Of a DNA stretch of 64,000 nucleotides, positions 59,423 to 64,000 are shown piece after piece (position 1 is the stretch's first letter; the number at the start of each line of letters is the position of its first letter). The translations under genes were made by a program, and so were the position numbers. A model generated the notes under the pieces. It saw nothing but the letters and a program-made list of their open reading frames with translations, was not told the origin of the DNA and ran no database searches. The stretch is from a bacterium (lineage in GTDB: Bacteria; Bacteroidota; Ignavibacteria; Kapaibacteriales; UBA2268), in the NCBI GenBank assembly GCA_030431515.1, contig JAUIIX010000001.1, positions 133,366 through 197,365 on the forward strand, given 5' to 3'.

Positions 59423-60089
59423 TGAGGGTAATTACTTTTCATAATTCTTGCTAATTCTTTAAAGCAAATTAAGAATAAATGGTGTAAAGTGCAAAAATGG
59501 GTGGTTAAAATAGATAGTTAATTTTAGAGTTGAAGACAATAAATGAAAAGTCATTATAAATACTAATTCTTATCAGATATATAGAAAATTAAGAACTTTA
59601 TTTTGAAAAAAATGTAAATTGTCATATTAGTCAGATTTTTATACAGCTTTCAAAAAGTAAGAATTTTAGTTTTGAAAGAATTTGGTAATCTTTGAGACTA
59701 ATTAAAAATATATTAGAAGAACTATCCAGCAAAAGTAGAGAGAAAAACACTACTCAAGAATACATCAAAAGAGTGAAAGAGTTTATGAAATAAAGTGATA
59801 TATTCTATACATCCTAACTTATACTATTAAAATATTTTAAATAAATAAGACCTGTTCAATGCAGTAAATACAAGGAATATTGAAAAGTAGTTAAAATTAT
59901 TTTTGGTTTTTTAAAAATAAATTTGCAAAAAAAAAATGATTTGTAAGTTTGCTTTATAGTAAGTGATAAATTTTGCGAATTACTTTTCAAAATTGTTAAC
60001 TTCTCCTACAATTTCAAAATTAATTATAAAGAATTTAAGGAGAAGCACCTACAAGTTTAAATTGTTTAATTAATTTTAGAGAGGTTTTT

Positions 60090-60362
60090 ATGAAAAAGAT
60101 TTTAGCGATTATTTTCTTGCTTTTAATGACTGTCTCGGTTGCTGATGCCATAGTTTTATTAGCACCTGCTGGAAAAACATGGGTTGGTCCAGATAAAAAT
60201 GGGAAAGCGCGATCAATATATGCACATCCTACTGGGGATGCTGTTACAGTTTATTGCGATGATACTGTAACTGGTCAGTGTGTAACAAACCACGGAACTC
60301 ATCTAACCATTGATGTAGATTATGATGAAGGTGGTGTTCCAATATTATATACTGCTCAATAA
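60090..60362 (+). CDS. Small secreted protein (90 aa precursor, ~70 aa mature, two Cys)
   Basis: Signal peptide MKKILAIIFLLLMTVSVADA/IV. Mature part has C-x10-C (VYCDDTVTGQCV). GAGAGG lies 6 nt upstream of the ATG. Visibly less AT-rich than its neighbours. Confidence 0.6.
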   Translation: MKKILAIIFLLLMTVSVADAIVLLAPAGKTWVGPDKNGKARSIYAHPTGDAVTVYCDDTVTGQCVTNHGTHLTIDVDYDEGGVPILYTAQ

Positions 60363-60372
60363 AGATTAATAG

Positions 60373-61554
60373 ATGAATAAAAGTACTTATATGTTTTTTG
60401 AAAAGAAATTGTTAATATTATTAATGATTTCTTTTCTTCTGTTTTTAAATGTAAATTTAAAAATGAATGCAAGAAATTATAAAGTTAGTGATGTTATTAT
60501 AAAACCAACTGACTTTGTAATAGATGACTATGGCAAATTATATTTATATGATGAAGCTAAATTAGAGTTAAACAAAATTGACATAAAAGAAAATAAAGTT
60601 TTATATTCTACTAAAATTGATTTTAAAGACATTGAAAGTTTTTTAATTAAAAATGATTATATAAATAAAAAATATAAATGTTATAATAATCAAGAGAATA
60701 ATTTCTGTAAATTAATCAACTTAGACTATATTAGAAATAAAGGTGTTTCTGAGCAAGTGATAAAAGTAGAAGCAGAAAGAGAGTTGAAAAATTTATTTAT
60801 TGAAAATAATAAAATCTATAGCAGCGGTTTAGTTTATTTGAATTTTGAATGTACAGATAAATGGACAATGATTCCTGATCTGTTTACATTTTCTATAAAA
60901 AATGAAAAGTTAGAACCAATTTATATTCCAGCTAAAAAGGATATTCGGAAATATTTAGGAAAAAGTTCATGTCTAAAAAATAATACTTTTTATTATATAA
61001 ATACTTTTTTAAATGATAATAAATCTTTTGATAAATTGTTATTCAAATACGAAAGTGGTGAATTTTCTTATTTGCCTACCTTAAAAAACTATTCATTAGA
61101 TTTAAAAAGTTTTGATAAACATTTTTTAGTTCTACAATATTATAAAGATAAATTATTGATTTGTGAAAGAAATGGAAATAGAATTTATGATGTTTTTGAT
61201 GATAAATTACATTTGAGTTTAGGTGATAGTGAATTGTTTTACTCAGATACTAACCAAAGAATAATCGTTTATGATTATGATAAAGTTAAAATACGTAATG
61301 AATCTTATACATCAAATGATAATTATTTATTTATTCATCAATGGAAAAAAGTAAATGGGAAAAGAATTAGTTACTTAAAAGTTATTTATAAAGATAAAAT
61401 TCTAAGTAATTTAAATTTTATCAAAATAAATCCTGAAATTTTAGGTGTTGCAAGTATTTTTGCAAAAAAAGATAAATTGTATTATTTATATTTGGATAAA
61501 AATGAAGATTATTATATTGATGATGTTGATATTAACAAGCTCCTCAAGCTTTGA
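60373..61554 (+). CDS. Hypothetical exported/membrane-anchored protein (393 aa), extremely AT-rich
   Basis: N-terminal hydrophobic segment LLILLMISFLLFL. K/N/Y/I-rich. Weak resemblance of DFVIDDYGKLYLYDE...KID to strand motifs of Bacteroidota 6-bladed propeller lipoproteins (unverified). Confidence 0.5.
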   Translation: MNKSTYMFFEKKLLILLMISFLLFLNVNLKMNARNYKVSDVIIKPTDFVIDDYGKLYLYDEAKLELNKIDIKENKVLYSTKIDFKDIESFLIKNDYINKKYKCYNNQENNFCKLINLDYIRNKGVSEQVIKVEAERELKNLFIENNKIYSSGLVYLNFECTDKWTMIPDLFTFSIKNEKLEPIYIPAKKDIRKYLGKSSCLKNNTFYYINTFLNDNKSFDKLLFKYESGEFSYLPTLKNYSLDLKSFDKHFLVLQYYKDKLLICERNGNRIYDVFDDKLHLSLGDSELFYSDTNQRIIVYDYDKVKIRNESYTSNDNYLFIHQWKKVNGKRISYLKVIYKDKILSNLNFIKINPEILGVASIFAKKDKLYYLYLDKNEDYYIDDVDINKLLKL

Positions 61555-61912
61555 TAAAATTGATAAGATTTATATTTATTTTGATGGGTATTCTTGTGTA
61601 AGTTGCCAACCGGGTGTAGTATTTGCCTTTGCTTCTTTATCTGAATTAGGATTAGGCGACAATATAGTACTTGTAAATAAACACAAAAAAGAAAAATATT
61701 TAAAATACAACCTGAAATTGATTAAAGAAAATAGTAATAATTACATAGTTAAAAATATTTCTAATGACACTACTTTCACTAATAATATGGACTATTTTAA
61801 ACCAATTCTTATAAAATTGAATAACAACAAACAAATTGTAATAGAAAGAAATGGTGTACCATATACTAAAGAAAAATGGTCTGATCTTTTAGTTGAAAAA
61901 CTTAAAAACTAA
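61502..61912 (+). CDS. Secreted thioredoxin-fold-like protein with CxxC motif
   Basis: From the internal ATG: MKIIILMMLILTSSSSF signal, then IYIYFDGYSCVSCQPG (beta-strand followed by CxxC, as in thioredoxin-like proteins). The exact start is uncertain (the track start at 61445 overlaps the upstream gene by 110 nt). Confidence 0.4.
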   Translation: MKIIILMMLILTSSSSFDKIDKIYIYFDGYSCVSCQPGVVFAFASLSELGLGDNIVLVNKHKKEKYLKYNLKLIKENSNNYIVKNISNDTTFTNNMDYFKPILIKLNNNKQIVIERNGVPYTKEKWSDLLVEKLKN

Positions 61913-61985
61913 AAATTTCCTTCCATTTGAAACAAAATTTTATTAATTTTGTATATATCATTTTATTACTATCCTTTTAGTTACT

Positions 61986-63260
61986 ATGAAAAAAATTATA
62001 TACTCTTCTTCTGCTTTTGTGGCTTTGCTGCTAGTTTATTTTTTGTTTTTTTATACTAAAGAAGTTGAAAATGACATTATTGTAAAAGCAAAAGAAGGTG
62101 AGTTTAAGGTTTTTGTGAGTAGTACTGGAGAACTACAAGCCCAAAACTCTATTGAAATTAAAGGACCGAGCAGAGTACAGCAAATGGGCATTTACGAGAT
62201 GACTATATCCAAATTAGTACCAGAAGGAACGATTGTAAAAGAAGGAGATTTTGTTGCAGAACTCGATAAAGCAGTGATTGCAGGTAAATTAAAAGAAAGT
62301 TTGATCAATTTAGAAAAGTTAGAATCGCAATATAAACTTGCTAAGTTAGATAGTTCGCTTACACTTTCAAAAGCAAGAGATAATTTAGACAATCTAAAAT
62401 TTGCAATGGAAGAAGCCCAAATAGTTAAAGAACAATCGAGTTACGAAGCACCCTCTATAATCCGAAAAGCTGAAATTGACTACGAAAAATCTATCCGAAC
62501 ATATAATCAAGCAGTTAAAAATTACAAAACCGAAGTTGAAAAATCAATCGCAAATGTATCTGTTACAAATGCTGACCTCCAAAAAGAGCAAAGTACTTAT
62601 GACAAAATGCAAGAGTTAGTTGATGAATTTACAATAATGGCTCCTGCAAAAGGTATGGTTATTTATGCTCGTGAGTGGGGTGGCAGAAGACGTGAAGTAA
62701 ACTCAACTATCCAGCCATGGGATCCAACTGTAGCAACTTTACCTGACCTAAACAATATGGAATCAATATCTTACATAAATGAAATTGATATTCAGAAAAT
62801 CAAAAAAGGACAAAAAGTAAGTGTCGGTTTAGATGCAAACCCTGATAAAAAGTTAAATGGAGAAATATCAAGAGTTGCGAATATTGGTGAACAACGTGGC
62901 TCAAATGATTCTAAAGTTTTTGAAGTAATAATCAAAATAAATGAAAAAGATACAACGCTTAGACCAGCAATGACAACCTCAAATAAAATCCTTACAAATT
63001 ATGTTAAGAAAGCAGTTTATATTCCATTAGAAGCTATTCATTCCAAAGAAGATAAAGGTGTAGTAAGTAATTTCGTTTATCTTAAAAAAGACGGCAATTT
63101 AGTAAAGCAAGAAGTTGAAGTTGGACTAATAAATGAAGAAGAAGCAATCATCAAAAAAGGCATAAAAAAAGATGATGAAATACTATTAAATAAACCAACT
63201 ATTGATGATGAATTAATTGAATATATTGCCTTGAAACAAAGCAAAGATAAAAAACAATGA
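61986..63260 (+). CDS. HlyD/MacA-family periplasmic adaptor (membrane fusion protein)
   Basis: N-terminal anchor, barrel-sandwich/coiled-coil pattern (GTIVKEGDFVAELD ... long heptad-rich segment ... APAKGMVIY ... KVSVGLDANP...LNGEISRVANIG). Confidence 0.85.
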   Translation: MKKIIYSSSAFVALLLVYFLFFYTKEVENDIIVKAKEGEFKVFVSSTGELQAQNSIEIKGPSRVQQMGIYEMTISKLVPEGTIVKEGDFVAELDKAVIAGKLKESLINLEKLESQYKLAKLDSSLTLSKARDNLDNLKFAMEEAQIVKEQSSYEAPSIIRKAEIDYEKSIRTYNQAVKNYKTEVEKSIANVSVTNADLQKEQSTYDKMQELVDEFTIMAPAKGMVIYAREWGGRRREVNSTIQPWDPTVATLPDLNNMESISYINEIDIQKIKKGQKVSVGLDANPDKKLNGEISRVANIGEQRGSNDSKVFEVIIKINEKDTTLRPAMTTSNKILTNYVKKAVYIPLEAIHSKEDKGVVSNFVYLKKDGNLVKQEVEVGLINEEEAIIKKGIKKDDEILLNKPTIDDELIEYIALKQSKDKKQ

Positions 63261-64000
63261 GAAAGTATTTATATAACTTAAGCATTGCTTTTGAATCTAT
63301 GTTACAAAATAAAATGCGTGCTTTTCTAACCTCATTTGGTATCATTTGTGGGGTTGCCTCAGTTATTGCTATGCTGGCAATAGGTAAAGGTGCCGAACAA
63401 GAAATTTTAGATAAAATGAAATTGCTTGGCACTAATAATATCATAATCAAAAAAATCACAAAAGAACAATTAGACAAAAACGCTAAAGAAGAAGAGCAAG
63501 ACGATAATGGAAATAGCACAAGTAATGAAAAATCATTAGCAAAAAGGTTTTCGCCTGGTTTATCTCTTTCTGATGCAGAAGGATTATCAAAAATACCAAA
63601 TGTAAATGCAGTAAGTACCGAAATCGAAAAAGAAAGTGAAGTAATTAGAGATTTATATAAAGTAAATGCACGTTTAATTGGAACTGGAGAGAACTATTTT
63701 AAACTAAATAATCTGCATCTTAATGAAGGTAATATATTTACTTCTGAACACTTTGAATTATCTTCACCCGTTTGCATAATAGGAAATAAAGTAAAAACTA
63801 AACTATTCCCAAAAGAAAATCCAATTGGCAAAAGAATTAAATGTGGCAATACTTGGCTTGTGGTAATCGGCGTAGTTGGCGAGAAAAAAATATCTGACCA
63901 AGTGCTTACTAATCTTGGAATTAGAGATTTTAATTATGACGTTTATACACCTATTCATACTTACTTATTGAGATTTGAAAACAGAGCATTAATTACAAAA
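63257..64000 (+). CDS. MacB/FtsX-type ABC transporter permease (N-terminal part; runs off window end)
   Basis: Not in ORF track (no stop). ATGA overlap with the adaptor gene. MRKYLYNLSIAFESMLQNKMRAFLTSFGIICGVASVIAMLAIGKGAEQEI is the typical MacB TM1 plus start of the periplasmic core domain. The frame is open to base 64000. Confidence 0.8.
   Translation, partial: MRKYLYNLSIAFESMLQNKMRAFLTSFGIICGVASVIAMLAIGKGAEQEILDKMKLLGTNNIIIKKITKEQLDKNAKEEEQDDNGNSTSNEKSLAKRFSPGLSLSDAEGLSKIPNVNAVSTEIEKESEVIRDLYKVNARLIGTGENYFKLNNLHLNEGNIFTSEHFELSSPVCIIGNKVKTKLFPKENPIGKRIKCGNTWLVVIGVVGEKKISDQVLTNLGIRDFNYDVYTPIHTYLLRFENRALITK

Noticed and set aside
59688-59792. Short frame ...SREKNTTQEYIKRVKEFMK* as a tyrosine-recombinase pseudogene
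   Set aside because: Only ~30 residues, with no catalytic-domain remnant downstream, and the similarity is impressionistic. Mentioned in a finding as a hint only, not annotated.
61445-61501. Track start of the CxxC protein at 61445
   Set aside because: It would overlap the upstream gene by 110 nt. The internal ATG at 61502 yields a proper signal peptide. The start is still uncertain.
63199-63519. 106-aa minus-strand ORF
   Set aside because: Antisense to the adaptor/MacB-permease junction. The plus-strand permease frame is open to the window end and has the family-typical N-terminus.
1-64000. Search for tRNA, rRNA, tmRNA/RNase P-like GC-rich structured segments, CRISPR repeats, IS elements and integrases
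   Set aside because: I found no T-loop-like GGTTCGAAT-type motif, no regularly spaced repeats, and no transposase or integrase ORF in any non-coding stretch by eye. A covariance-model or tRNAscan run would be needed to be certain.

Overview
AT-rich bacterial chromosomal segment. I found no rRNA, tRNA, CRISPR array, transposase or integrase by eye.

**Core (8.7-26.5 kb, minus strand).** A contiguous str-S10-spc-alpha ribosomal super-operon: rpsL-rpsG-fusA-tuf-rpsJ ... secY-infA-rpmJ-rpsM-rpsK-rpoA-rplQ. rpsD, adk and map are absent from their usual slots. L17 carries a long acidic tail.

**Around the core:**
1. 3.1-7.9 kb: an accessory-looking island. A transglutaminase-like lipoprotein is followed by two tandem secreted toxin-like genes. 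They share a near-identical 5-prime module ending in an RHS-core-type DPDG motif and then diverge abruptly. Each is followed by translationally coupled, very AT-rich small exported ORFs (immunity candidates).
2. 26.7-36.9 kb: two collinear ~1,620-aa paralogous secreted proteins with T9SS-type C-terminal sorting domains, bracketing a HIT-family gene.
3. Housekeeping genes: rarA, ribH, secG, an lptF/G-type permease, glgA, ychF, anmK, mgtE, rpsT, an MsbA-like ABC exporter, a sugar-modification-like operon, and a T9SS-sorted propeller protein.
4. 59.4-64.0 kb: a ~670-bp non-coding spacer, then a small two-Cys secreted protein, an extremely AT-rich 393-aa exported protein, a CxxC thioredoxin-like protein, and a HlyD adaptor plus MacB-type permease running off the window.

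**Likely lineage (inference only).** Three T9SS C-terminal domains, a Cys-less L36 and recurrent TTTG-N19-21-TAnnTTTG boxes upstream of genes suggest an FCB-superphylum organism (Bacteroidota/Ignavibacteriota-like).

**Best candidate for something new.** The shell-less RHS-tip toxin/immunity tandem comes first, then the giant T9SS paralog pair and the small-secreted-protein cluster.

All functional calls rest on motif recognition by eye; no searches were run.
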